This document shows positions 27,220 to 36,844 of a DNA stretch of 64,000 nt, in pieces. The first letter of the stretch is position 1; each line of letters opens with the position of its first letter. Origin of the DNA: a virus. Taxonomy: Duplodnaviria; Caudoviricetes. The DNA is taken from the IMG/VR virus record IMGVR_UViG_3300001528_000621, positions 96,001-160,000 of that record, one strand, 5' to 3'. Under the pieces are notes generated by a model, which searched no databases, had not been told where the DNA came from, and saw only the letters and a list, made by a program, of their open reading frames with translations. The position numbers and the translations under genes were made by a program.

Positions 27220-27340
27220 AAAGAATAAAAAAGAAGAAGCTGGCCACGAAAAGGTCAGCTTTTCTTATTATTTTTAGCTTAGAAGAAAAGAAATAAAACA
27301 ATAACAGAACACATTATTAACAAAAGTCGTCACCAAGGTT

Positions 27341-27586
27341 ATGAAAAAGCAAACAAAAAGATCAAGACCATTCTTCAGCACAACACAAGAAAAAGTAGCA
27401 GCTATTATCTGGGTAAGTTGGATAGGTCTTCTCACAATACTTCTCATTCTAAACAAAGTATCGGATAATTCATACTTGTTTCATTGCTTAGTGGCATCTC
27501 TTATCTGTACATTGATAGCTGAAAGCAAAAGTGAGAACTTTGAGAAAAGTGTAGATGAATTGCTAGAAGAAGAAAATAGAAGATAA
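27341..27586 (+). CDS. small 2-TM membrane protein
   Basis: Two hydrophobic helices. Confidence 0.6.
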   Translation: MKKQTKRSRPFFSTTQEKVAAIIWVSWIGLLTILLILNKVSDNSYLFHCLVASLICTLIAESKSENFEKSVDELLEEENRR

Positions 27587-27657
27587 TAATGCCTAGTAGT
27601 CTTTTAGAACACACAAAATTATATTATCTTTAGCTTAGAAGAAAAGAAATAAAAGAT

Positions 27658-27837
27658 ATGTCAGGCAACAAAAAAGAAGTACATTATCTCACTCCTTACG
27701 AGGCAGGTGCTAGGGATGCTAAAGCAGGCATATATGATAAGTGGTATAGATGGCACAATAGGGGTGAGGAGTATGATAAGGGTTGGAAAGAGAACAAGGA
27801 TGAGACTCTAGACTATAAGGTGATTGAGGGTTACTAG
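27658..27837 (+). CDS. small hypothetical protein (59 aa, not in the ORF track)
   Basis: Promoter repeat at 27625; MSGNKKEVHYLTPYEAGARDA...YDKGW. Confidence 0.65.
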   Translation: MSGNKKEVHYLTPYEAGARDAKAGIYDKWYRWHNRGEEYDKGWKENKDETLDYKVIEGY

Positions 27838-27859
27838 ACCAAAGCTCTTCTGAGACTTA

Positions 27860-28004
27860 AAGGTGACGTCGTCGTACTGAAACCTCTGACCTCAAGGTTA
27901 GGTAAAGGTGAGATCAAGGTGACGTCACGGTTGTCTCAAGGTTAGGTCACATTGACGGTTATTTTCACTAAAGGGGGGAAACCGTTAGGAGGTCGCAAGG
28001 TTAG
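27860..28004. repeat. cluster of short direct repeats
   Basis: AAGGTGACGTC x2 (27860, 27916), CTCAAGGTTAGGT x2 (27891, 27935), six AAGGT cores in non-coding DNA. Confidence 0.7.
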
Positions 28005-28273
28005 TAGGTCCTGATTCTCCTATATTTTTTCAAGGCCTGCCCCGATTTCATTGAAACTCAACTAGTTATGCCTAAATTACCAAATTTTAAGAAAGTTTTG
28101 CTAACTCCAAAGTTCAACCAAGTCACCCCGCCCTAAAGAATCTATATTTCAGAGCCTCGACTTAGTGTAATTTCGCCCGGACTTGAAAATTTTTTTGGGC
28201 CAAAAATTCTTTAATATACTGAGCGTAACTAATTATCTAAAGAAATTATTTTTACATAAGATATAACAATACT

Positions 28274-28708
28274 ATGCAATCAACTAAGTTTGTATTAGAA
28301 GACTATTCGGCTAAGAAGGACCAAACAATGGAAGCTCTTAAGAAAGCTTTAGTCGGTTCTCCTTGGAATCCTAGAGACGTCGTTGACTGGGTTCAAGAGC
28401 AATTTGCGAATAGAGCTGAAGAGTCTGGACCTTCTGACCATTATTGTGATTTTTCTTCTGATAGATACGGAATCGAGTATGAGGATGGAAGTCAAGATTT
28501 CGACGTAGATGCTGACCTTGAAGAAGAAGGATACTATCTTCATCTCGAGGGTCACGGCAATGCTACGGTTTCTGGAGTAGAACCTGCTACATATGACTAT
28601 CCTGGATATGCTGGAGATATCGACTATGTTATAGGAGACGCTACTCTGTCTATCTATGATCCGGACGATAAGGAAACTACTCTCGACATTACTTCAATTG
28701 TAGAATAA
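28274..28708 (+). CDS. acidic hypothetical protein
   Basis: 144 aa; PATYDYPG. Confidence 0.65.
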   Translation: MQSTKFVLEDYSAKKDQTMEALKKALVGSPWNPRDVVDWVQEQFANRAEESGPSDHYCDFSSDRYGIEYEDGSQDFDVDADLEEEGYYLHLEGHGNATVSGVEPATYDYPGYAGDIDYVIGDATLSIYDPDDKETTLDITSIVE

Positions 28709-28714
28709 ATCAAT

Positions 28715-29272
28715 ATGGCAGAAAAAAAGACAACTAGGACACCAAAAAAGACAGCTGCAATAGCTGAGCTTGAAAAAACTATTAAGGTTACTAAGAAAGA
28801 AATTACTGAAGATACTGAAACCAGAGAGGAAATCGCTGCCCCTTCTGTAGAGGAAATTACTCAACCTAAGGAGGAAATTACTGTTTCTGAGGATCTCGCA
28901 AAACCTTCGGTTAAGTCTCCTGAAGAAGTCACTGAAGTCCCTGAAATTAAAGAGGAAATCGCCGAAATTGCTACTCCTTCTGTAGAAGAAATCGCTGAAC
29001 CTAAATGCGGTAAGGAGATTGAAGCTACTGCTATTGACACTTCTGAATCTTACAAAAAATTCATAAAAGACCTCTCTAAAGTTGTAGTAGACCTTAAAAA
29101 AGCTAATCCGAATCTTTCGGACGACAAGAGTAAATGGTCTGTAGAAATTGTTAAGGACAATAAACGACATTTAATCTTCAAAGGAGGATATGCTAAAGCT
29201 TTAAGGTGGGCTGAGAATTACTGTAAAGAACATAACATCCCTGAATCGGATATTAGAAAAATAAAGAAATAG
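28715..29272 (+). CDS. protein with acidic Pro-rich repeats
   Basis: Repeated EEIA..PSVEEI units. Confidence 0.7.
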   Translation: MAEKKTTRTPKKTAAIAELEKTIKVTKKEITEDTETREEIAAPSVEEITQPKEEITVSEDLAKPSVKSPEEVTEVPEIKEEIAEIATPSVEEIAEPKCGKEIEATAIDTSESYKKFIKDLSKVVVDLKKANPNLSDDKSKWSVEIVKDNKRHLIFKGGYAKALRWAENYCKEHNIPESDIRKIKK

Positions 29273-29274
29273 TA

Positions 29275-30666
29275 ATGAAACTAAAACTAAACCAAGTCGG
29301 TGAAAAATATCGACTTCGAACCGAACAAGGCGGATCTCTTCGACAAATGGGACCTAGAAAACTCTCTAAAAATGTTGCTGAGTATCGTCTCGCTGTTCTT
29401 ACTGGCGAGGAGCCTTATGATTATGTAGATGACCCTACTTCTCCTGAAGAAGCTGCAGCAATCGATGCAGCTATTGAAAAATACATTGCTAGTGTACAAA
29501 GGAGCATTGATAATGCAAATACTCAAATAGCTTCTTACGAACAAAAGATAGCTGCAAGTCAAGCAATCATAGACAATCCGGACTCTACTGAGGAACAAAA
29601 AGAGCAAGCTGCTAAGAACATTGCAATTTACGAAACGTCCATTGCTTCTTACAAGAGCATGATAGTTACCTATGAAGATAACATTAAGAACGCAGCTTCT
29701 AATGTAAATTATGTAACTATCGAGGAAATTCCGGAAGTTCTTACCTTAGGTGATTCCAAGTGTAAATTCACAATTAAGGGAGATTTTGCAGCTAACGAAA
29801 TCACTACAATTCAAGCTAACGAGAAGTTATCTAAACCCTTAACTTTGAACAATACCGGAAATGCTGCTAATCTTGTACTAGATTTAGGTAACTCTGATGC
29901 TGTTCTTTCTGGAAATTGGAACGAAATCTCTATTAAATCTGTAGCTAATCTCAAGATTAATAGCTTTGCTCATGTTGAGAAACTTACCATTTCTAGAGGA
30001 AATGCTCTCGTAAATAACGCTTATGTTGACGATTGCGTCACCGAAGTCGTAGAAGAAGGTGGTTCTGTTGAAGCTAACGCTCCTGTTGAAGCTTCTGATG
30101 TTAAGTCCTTTACTGCTCTTCCTAGAGTCGTTCGGGTAAACAAAGAAATAAATCTTACTCAAATTAAATTAAGTTATTCTAATTCTGGACACCATGTCTA
30201 CGAAAATAACGGAAGAGTTAATTCTGATTACAAGGACGGAGCTCTTCAAGTTTTAGGTATAGCTAAGGTTGACTTTAAGGGACAAGGAGAATGGCATAGT
30301 AATTCCAATCCTACTATCTGGATAGCTAACGTAGATGCTGTAGCTAATGTGTACGACGGTAAATTCTATAACGACGCAAATGAAGCTGAAACGATTTATG
30401 CTGAAAAGGGTACTATCAATATTTACGGAGGAGAATTCCACAATGTTCCTAAAGAAGGAGCTAAGAACTATCTTCTAAACTGTAAGGACGACCAATACAA
30501 GGCTGGAAAGGCTAATATCATCGTTTACGGAGGTAAGTTCTACGAATTCAACCCTGCAGCTAATGGTGCTGAATCTTCTGACGACTCTACCAACTTTGTT
30601 GCTGAAGGATATAAGTCCATCTTCAACGAAGAGGGAGGATATTATGAAGTTGTTAAGGATGAATAG
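29275..30666 (+). CDS. coiled-coil plus beta-helix protein, possibly virion-associated
   Basis: N-terminal heptads; C-terminal IYGG.F..LNC.D..Y..G.A.I.V.GG.F..FNPA..TNFVAEGY.S resembles Bacteroidales surface proteins. Confidence 0.65.
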   Translation: MKLKLNQVGEKYRLRTEQGGSLRQMGPRKLSKNVAEYRLAVLTGEEPYDYVDDPTSPEEAAAIDAAIEKYIASVQRSIDNANTQIASYEQKIAASQAIIDNPDSTEEQKEQAAKNIAIYETSIASYKSMIVTYEDNIKNAASNVNYVTIEEIPEVLTLGDSKCKFTIKGDFAANEITTIQANEKLSKPLTLNNTGNAANLVLDLGNSDAVLSGNWNEISIKSVANLKINSFAHVEKLTISRGNALVNNAYVDDCVTEVVEEGGSVEANAPVEASDVKSFTALPRVVRVNKEINLTQIKLSYSNSGHHVYENNGRVNSDYKDGALQVLGIAKVDFKGQGEWHSNSNPTIWIANVDAVANVYDGKFYNDANEAETIYAEKGTINIYGGEFHNVPKEGAKNYLLNCKDDQYKAGKANIIVYGGKFYEFNPAANGAESSDDSTNFVAEGYKSIFNEEGGYYEVVKDE

Positions 30667-30725
30667 AGGAAAACTAAGGAGAAACTTAAGTAAAAACCTC
30701 AAATAATAAAAGATATTACTTCTAG

Positions 30726-30950
30726 TTAAACTAAGGTGTCACCTGCGGATGCCTTAGTTTTCCCTTTGTCTCTAGAATGACGTATGACTTTTCTAATCAA
30801 AGCTACTGGAAGAAACAACAAAACCCAAAGCTCCAACGCAGCTAACATTAGGGGAAAGCATACAATGATTAGTGCTATTTTGAGCCAGAACCACGTCACA
30901 CCTGGTAGTGTGTCCACCCACTCTGTAAAATCGTAACCTAGAATTGTCAT
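30726..30950 (-). CDS. small membrane protein; the only supported minus-strand gene
   Basis: Long hydrophobic stretch; a reverse-strand TATCTTTAGGTC promoter at 30974-30982 and an A-rich leader point to it. Confidence 0.75.
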   Translation of the reverse strand: MTILGYDFTEWVDTLPGVTWFWLKIALIIVCFPLMLAALELWVLLFLPVALIRKVIRHSRDKGKTKASAGDTLV

Positions 30951-30992
30951 TTTGCTCCTATTTTTTTCTTGACCTAAAGATATTTAAAGTTT

Positions 30993-31337
30993 TTGACAGT
31001 TTCTATGACTTTTTTGGATTATTTAGTAGAATTTCTTGAAACAGGACGATGTGAACTTCCTGGAAAACAACGAGTTGAAGAAGATTATTTTCTTCGCGCT
31101 GCTTTCGCTTGTTCCATTTTTGAGCGAGAAGTTTACAAGAGGCTTGGTAACGTTTCTGAAAGTTCATATAAAAGATTTTATCATAGTCTTATTTTACTGT
31201 TACATTCGCATCTGAATGATATTTCTTCTTTAGATCTTAAATCAAGAAACGTCTTACTTCGTAATCTAGATTCGGCGGCTGAACTTTTACCTGAATTTTC
31301 TGTTGAAATTTCTATAATCTCTAAATCTCTCCTTTAG
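30993..31337 (+). CDS. hypothetical protein
   Basis: 114 aa, start uncertain. Confidence 0.45.
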   Translation: MTVSMTFLDYLVEFLETGRCELPGKQRVEEDYFLRAAFACSIFEREVYKRLGNVSESSYKRFYHSLILLLHSHLNDISSLDLKSRNVLLRNLDSAAELLPEFSVEISIISKSLL

Positions 31338-31477
31338 ATTTGGAATAATCATTATATTGATTTATCTTATCTCTAGATATTTAAGAAGATCTTTAGGCGG
31401 ACTTAATATATCTTCTTACTATGTCTTTCTTTTCTTTCTAAATCTTTAAGGTCAATTTATAAAGTTATAGAAACATT

Positions 31478-32125
31478 ATGACAAATTTAACTGCAGAAGC
31501 TATAGAGAAAAACTACAACCAGTTCATTAACATTATCGAAAAATGTATTTCTAGTCCTCGTAAGGAGAAAATACTGGAAATGATGGAAAAGATAGGTGAT
31601 GAAATGGCTGTCTGTCCTGCTTCTGGGAGAGTCTGGTATCACGGGGCTTATTCTGGTGGATACCTTGTTCACGTTCTCAAGGTCGTAACTGCTGCTATGA
31701 AAGTCAAGAAGCTTTATGAAAGCATAGGCGGTGAGATAGATTTTACGGATGAAGAACTCATCTTTTCAGCTCTGTTCCACGATTTAGGTAAGATAGGAGA
31801 TGGAAATAAACCCAACTATGTACCTCAAGACTCTGAGTGGCACAAAAAGAACCAAGGTATTATCTTCAAGAACAATCCTGAGATAGACTTTATGCTTGTT
31901 CCTCAGCGGTCTCTTTTCGTTCTTCAGAAATTCGGAATTCCTATAAACCAGAAAGAGTATCTTGCTATCTTAACTCACGATGGACTTTACGAAGAGACTA
32001 ATAAGCCTTATCTTGTTTCGTTTTCACCCGAGTCAAAGATGAAGACAATTCTTCCTAAGATACTACATGCTGCTGACCTATTAGCTGCTGCAGCTGAGTT
32101 TGATGAAGAAACCCTTAATTCATGA
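31478..32125 (+). CDS. HD-domain phosphohydrolase
   Basis: H.A..GG...H, LFHDLGK, HDG, LH.AD. Confidence 0.9.
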   Translation: MTNLTAEAIEKNYNQFINIIEKCISSPRKEKILEMMEKIGDEMAVCPASGRVWYHGAYSGGYLVHVLKVVTAAMKVKKLYESIGGEIDFTDEELIFSALFHDLGKIGDGNKPNYVPQDSEWHKKNQGIIFKNNPEIDFMLVPQRSLFVLQKFGIPINQKEYLAILTHDGLYEETNKPYLVSFSPESKMKTILPKILHAADLLAAAAEFDEETLNS

Positions 32126-32430
32126 TTACGCTTAACTTATTACAAACCATAGTGATATGTGCAGTGGTTCTTTTACTACTGTACATTTCTTTTATTCAGT
32201 ACCGAAGAGCAGATAAAGCTACGGAAGCTGCTGACATATTAGCATCAAACCTAAACACCATCTCTGAATATATTCGGGAAGCTACTGAGAAGATGAACAA
32301 TCCTAGACTTAAGCAAGCTTTTGAGTCTGACGATGAAGTCGGTTTCTTTTTCAAAGAGCTTCAGAATATTCAGGAAACATTGACAAACTTTACATCTCAA
32401 GATGAGGAAACCAGCACCGACGTCGAGTAG
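32122..32430 (+). CDS. membrane-anchored protein
   Basis: N-terminal TM; FESDDEVGFFFK motif. Confidence 0.7.
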   Translation: MITLNLLQTIVICAVVLLLLYISFIQYRRADKATEAADILASNLNTISEYIREATEKMNNPRLKQAFESDDEVGFFFKELQNIQETLTNFTSQDEETSTDVE

Positions 32431-33121
32431 AAATTACTTTACAAAAGAAACAGACGAATGGGTAATCAGGTATAACGAAACGGTTGATCCGGTAGAAAAA
32501 GAGAAGATTTTTCAAGAGCACCTATATTATCCGTTTTATAAGCTAGCAGAGAATATCATTAATACCTTTAAGTTCTACCATATAGACGTGGATACAGTCG
32601 AGGACCTAAAGCTTGATGTTATTTCGATGATAGTTCAGGATAAGCTACCTGGATTTAATCCTAAGCTAGGAACCAAAGCTTTTTCATATTTCGGTACCAT
32701 TATTAAGAGGTGGCTTATAGCTTACTGTAATACAAACTATGCTCGTAAGAAGAGAAGAGCTAACATACAGAGTTATGAAGATGTTCTATCTGAAGGAACT
32801 AAAGAGGTTGAAGCTGTTCCGACTATGACCCTTGCTACATTCTTTGACAACTGGATTGAAGACATGTATGAACAGGTTGAAGAGATGTTTCCTAGAAAAG
32901 AGGATCAACAGGTAGCAAATGCTCTACTTACTGTATTTGAGAAAAGACAAGATCTTCAACTCTTTAAGAAGAAAGAGATCTACATCTACGTTAGAGAAAT
33001 AACAGGCTGTGACACTCCGTACCTCACTAAAGTTGTCAACACATATAGAGATAATTTTCTAGAAAAATATAAAAAGCTTGCTGCAGAAGGTTATATTCGG
33101 GTCGAAGAATCTGAGACGTAA
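32402..33121 (+). CDS. late sigma factor, T4 gp55-like
   Basis: NYFT...F.KLAENII...FNP..G.KAFSYFGTI.KR (sigma region 2-like); lies at the head of the structural module. Confidence 0.75.
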   Translation: MRKPAPTSSRNYFTKETDEWVIRYNETVDPVEKEKIFQEHLYYPFYKLAENIINTFKFYHIDVDTVEDLKLDVISMIVQDKLPGFNPKLGTKAFSYFGTIIKRWLIAYCNTNYARKKRRANIQSYEDVLSEGTKEVEAVPTMTLATFFDNWIEDMYEQVEEMFPRKEDQQVANALLTVFEKRQDLQLFKKKEIYIYVREITGCDTPYLTKVVNTYRDNFLEKYKKLAAEGYIRVEESET

Positions 33122-33144
33122 TATTTATTACAAACTGAGTAGTA

Positions 33145-33534
33145 ATGGTTGATGATTTTAATTCTGTAGAGCTTTTTGAAGGAAAGTCACTTTCAGACCT
33201 CTTCAAAGAAATATACGATAACTCAAACGCAAAAAGAGTTCAAATAAAGGAACTTATCGGAAGTTTAGCACCACTTGTTGAAGGAATAGGCGATGCTACT
33301 CTCCTGGTTCCGCTCATTAAGGACTACCTTGACGTTGGAGTTAAGAATGACGAACAGCTCATTAAGTTGGCCCAGATTGTTCAGAGATTGAACAGTAATG
33401 CTAAGCAAGCTTCGGGTGCTGATGACATCTGGGCATCATTTGCTTCTGCTATGGAAGAGGATAAAGCTAATGAAAAGGAAATAGCAGAGGTACAGGAAGT
33501 ACAAAAAGAGGTTACAAAAGATGTTGAGAGTTAG
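33145..33534 (+). CDS. conserved phage hypothetical protein
   Basis: LFEGKS.SDL.KEIY.N, VPLIKDYL.VGVKNDEQLIKLA.IVQR. Confidence 0.75.
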   Translation: MVDDFNSVELFEGKSLSDLFKEIYDNSNAKRVQIKELIGSLAPLVEGIGDATLLVPLIKDYLDVGVKNDEQLIKLAQIVQRLNSNAKQASGADDIWASFASAMEEDKANEKEIAEVQEVQKEVTKDVES

Positions 33535-34702
33535 TCCTGGTCTTTCTCGAAAATATGCTAATACGTCTCTTACTCCGGGAACAGGAGATAGTGATGACGC
33601 TAACTACTACGGTAGAGTTGTAGACGTGATCCTTGATGTGTCCCATCCAAAGATTAAAAGTTTGGGTGGGACTCAAGCTTTATATGGCGTCTTTTTTCAA
33701 AAGCTCTTTACTCAAGACGTGGATGAAGAACGAGATGAGTTTGAGGATTATAATACCCGTTTTGCATATTGTGGCCTTACGACTTGTAAGCAAATACCTG
33801 TAAAGGGTGAGATTGTTCGACTTGAAACGAAATTAGCTACAAGTAATGTAGAGGACGATTATAATCAAGATACTCTTGTACCAAAACTATATTGGGTAGA
33901 GATTGTACCTCTTTGGAACAACCCGCATCTTAATCTTTATCCGGATACTAAAGCTCTAGAAGGTCTTGCTGATTTAGGTCCCGACTTTAAAGAGAATGCT
34001 GATATTAAACCTCTCCAGCTTTGTACAGGGGACACAGCATTAGAGGGCAGGTACGGACAATCTCTACGGTTTGGAGGAACTAGATCAAAGTTAAGTCCAA
34101 TAGCGACAGAAGGTACCAATAAGTTTCCTTACACCATTCTTCGGAACGGTCAAGCAGAAGCTTCAGGAGATACTTCTTTCGAAGATATAAACAGAGATGA
34201 TTCTTCTATCTATCTTACCTCTAACCACAAGGTTCCTCTTACAGAAGCTAACCGTACCTTTAAAGGAGCTAAAAAAGTTCCTGAATTAGCAGGTAAATAT
34301 CAAGGAAAGCAGATCGTCGCTAATTCTGATAGAGTAGTTTTGAATGCTAGAGAGGACAATCTTACTCTCGCAGCTAAGAAGCATGCAAGCATTAATGCAG
34401 CTTCAACCAGTATTGATGGAGAAGAGTACGTAGGTGTAGATGGAAAGAAAATATACCTGGGTTCTTTTGCTCAAGAAGAATCGGAACCAGTTCTAAAAGG
34501 TCAGGTTTCTGTAGATTTCTTAAAAGAGCTCTACCAGATTCTCTATACGTTCTTCAATACTCAAGGAACATCTTTAGCTTCAGCAGGTAGTACTGCTTGG
34601 GAAAAAGCAGCTTCAGTACCGTTTACTATGGCAGGTACCCAGCTACAAACCTTGTTTACTCGAGTGGATAGTCTTAAATCTAAAAAGGTTTATACTGAAT
34701 AG
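33521..34702 (+). CDS. baseplate hub/spike protein, gp5/VgrG-like
   Basis: N-terminal OB-like P.KGE.V; GD..LEGRYGQSLRFG; beta-repeat NSDRVVLNAR..; KIYLG...EPVLKG. Confidence 0.65.
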   Translation: MLRVSPGLSRKYANTSLTPGTGDSDDANYYGRVVDVILDVSHPKIKSLGGTQALYGVFFQKLFTQDVDEERDEFEDYNTRFAYCGLTTCKQIPVKGEIVRLETKLATSNVEDDYNQDTLVPKLYWVEIVPLWNNPHLNLYPDTKALEGLADLGPDFKENADIKPLQLCTGDTALEGRYGQSLRFGGTRSKLSPIATEGTNKFPYTILRNGQAEASGDTSFEDINRDDSSIYLTSNHKVPLTEANRTFKGAKKVPELAGKYQGKQIVANSDRVVLNAREDNLTLAAKKHASINAASTSIDGEEYVGVDGKKIYLGSFAQEESEPVLKGQVSVDFLKELYQILYTFFNTQGTSLASAGSTAWEKAASVPFTMAGTQLQTLFTRVDSLKSKKVYTE

Positions 34703-34704
34703 CT

Positions 34705-36447
34705 ATGGCAACTTGGACACGAATACCGGAAACAAAGATAGCGAGTACCTTAGGAGGAGCTATTGGAAAAGCAGCAGGAACTGTAACTAAGGTAGCTAAT
34801 AAAGCCCTGGACGCTGTAGAGTTGCAGATAGAAGTACTCCAGAGATCGAACGACGACAATCGAAAGCAAGTTCGTATCATTCAGGAATCAGCCCAACAAC
34901 AGGTTCAGGATTCCGAATCTAAATCTTCTGCTCAGACTGCTACATTGGGAGGAGGAGCTTATAGTAAGTTTTTAGGAAAGACAACAGAAAATTCTGGAAG
35001 TCCAGAAAGTATCGTAAACTCTGTTTCTACTAACATTCAGAGTATTCTTTCTGATGCACAAGCTCAGATTGAAGCTACCGTTAGTAAGAACAACAGAGAT
35101 ACTCAAAAATCTCTCAGAGAGATAGATCAAACTCTAAAAGCTGTAGAAGTTTCTTTAAAGACTTGTTTAACACCTCTCAGTACAGCTAGGACACTTTGTA
35201 AAACACTTAAAGCTCCTCTAACAGCTCTAAAGGTAGCAATTCAAGTTATTAAGCTTCTTCCTTTGCCTCAGATTTACCTGGTTGTAGCATTTACTACGGT
35301 AGAGTCTGATTTGCTTGAAATGCTAACTGAACTTGTTAAGCAAGCAGAAGAAGAGGTTTCTGGACTTGAAGCAATTATAAAGACCTTAGAACAAACACTG
35401 CAGCCAATCATTGACCGAATTGAGAGGATTAGAGCTAAAATTGCTCTTCTTGGAACAGAGAGTGAATTAGCTTGTGCATCTTCAGAAGATCAAGATGTTT
35501 TAGATAAAGCTGGACTTTTGGATGAAAGTTCAGGAGATTCTATTTTTTCAGCTATTCAAGGTGGATTATCTGGAGGAGGGGTTTCTTTACCTGGAGGAGG
35601 AAGCTGTATACCCTATGGATTGGATACGAGTAGTTTAGACTTATCTGATCCTGAAATAATTAACCAACTTGCTCTTAAGAATCCTGGGGATAAGATAGAA
35701 ATTCAAGTATCAGGTTCAACCGGGACTAGAATAGAAACTTGGTATAGTTCGGAGACAGATAAGCCGGAGATACCCGGAGGATTTTACAGAGGCTCTGGAA
35801 GTTGGACTCAAAACCCTGAAGGAGCTAAGTGGCAGTTTGAAGCTAAGGTAACAGGGACAGGTAAAGCTTACTCTATTGGAGAGGTAGGGGAGTTCGTTCC
35901 TACAAATGAAATTTCTGGCTCTTCATCTTCTTCAAGTGACAGTGGTTTTTCATCTTCTTCAAGTACCGTAACAGGATCTACAGGTAACAGCTCTTCGACA
36001 GACTCTTCTTTGTTTGGAATCACACAGGAAATTAATATTTTAGGTAAAGACAATTATGGAGATCGTCCTGGAATCTTGAAGATCGAGGATTGGAGTTCAT
36101 TTTTAGAAGATGTTTTGTCCAAGCTTCGAAATCTTCCACTATCTCAGGATATGAAAGATCAACTAGATAGTTATTGGAACTATCAGGTAACCTCTTTAGG
36201 AAAATCAGATGAAGTAGATGAAAGTGGTACAGATACTTCCAATACTAGAACGATTACAAGTGGAGGAGAGACATACACTGTTGAAGTTATTGAGGATGAA
36301 CATTCACCTAGAGTAGCAATTAGACGATATGCGCAGGTTAAAGATTCGCAAGGAGTCGTAATATTATCAGGTATAAAGACATTTAGTACCAATTTGGATA
36401 CATTAATCCAAGAAATTAAGATGCAATTGGACCAGTTAACTCGATAA
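34705..36447 (+). CDS. virion structural protein (coiled-coil, Ser/Gly-rich)
   Basis: 580 aa, between the spike and gp25-like genes. Confidence 0.6.
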   Translation: MATWTRIPETKIASTLGGAIGKAAGTVTKVANKALDAVELQIEVLQRSNDDNRKQVRIIQESAQQQVQDSESKSSAQTATLGGGAYSKFLGKTTENSGSPESIVNSVSTNIQSILSDAQAQIEATVSKNNRDTQKSLREIDQTLKAVEVSLKTCLTPLSTARTLCKTLKAPLTALKVAIQVIKLLPLPQIYLVVAFTTVESDLLEMLTELVKQAEEEVSGLEAIIKTLEQTLQPIIDRIERIRAKIALLGTESELACASSEDQDVLDKAGLLDESSGDSIFSAIQGGLSGGGVSLPGGGSCIPYGLDTSSLDLSDPEIINQLALKNPGDKIEIQVSGSTGTRIETWYSSETDKPEIPGGFYRGSGSWTQNPEGAKWQFEAKVTGTGKAYSIGEVGEFVPTNEISGSSSSSSDSGFSSSSSTVTGSTGNSSSTDSSLFGITQEINILGKDNYGDRPGILKIEDWSSFLEDVLSKLRNLPLSQDMKDQLDSYWNYQVTSLGKSDEVDESGTDTSNTRTITSGGETYTVEVIEDEHSPRVAIRRYAQVKDSQGVVILSGIKTFSTNLDTLIQEIKMQLDQLTR

Positions 36448-36469
36448 ATCTATTTATTGTAAGCATAGT

Positions 36470-36844
36470 ATGACAACAGCAGAACTAGCAGAAGCTTTAA
36501 GGCCGGTCATAAAGGAGGTTGTAAAGGAAACAATGCAGTCTGAGCTTCGAGAAATATTAACAGAAGCTGTAGAGATTGCAAGCAGGCCTAACAATTCGGG
36601 ATCAGAAGATAGTTTTGAGATTGAAGATACTAACCCAGTAGCAAAGCCTAGTCTTCATCTCGAAAAGCCTGATTGGGTTCAGGAGCTTCAGCAAAAGCAA
36701 GATGAATTTGAAAGTAAGTTGTCAGAGAGTAAAAAGCAGGCGAAGCAAGATATGCAGTCAGAAGCACAAAAAAACATGATGATGAATCTTCTTGCAGAGA
36801 CTAGCCGGACAATGACAGCTGAAGATAGGAGTAATTTTGGATAA
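36470..36844 (+). CDS. conserved hypothetical late protein
   Basis: IKEVVKE....ELREILTEAV; late promoter at 36451. Confidence 0.65.
   Translation: MTTAELAEALRPVIKEVVKETMQSELREILTEAVEIASRPNNSGSEDSFEIEDTNPVAKPSLHLEKPDWVQELQQKQDEFESKLSESKKQAKQDMQSEAQKNMMMNLLAETSRTMTAEDRSNFG

Larger units (their letters stand above)
4236..27633 (+). promoter_or_regulatory. array of 27 early/middle promoter-leader repeats (core TAYYTTTAG)
   Basis: Core starts at 4236, 5940, 6997, 9692, 10755, 12097, 12877, 13828, 15025, 15460, 16451, 17474, 18119, 19319, 20518, 21575, 21670, 22170, 23321, 24027, 24792, 25104, 26416, 26640, 26723, 27269, 27625; all intergenic. Confidence 0.85.

Noticed and set aside
4236-27633. 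Repeated ~45-bp element as a CRISPR array or integron attC sites
   Set aside because: Copies are separated by whole genes of irregular length, are not palindromic and end at ATG; no cas or integrase gene is visible
35917-36010. Ser-rich TCT/TCA run as a regulatory repeat
   Set aside because: It is an in-frame low-complexity linker of a structural protein with mixed codons
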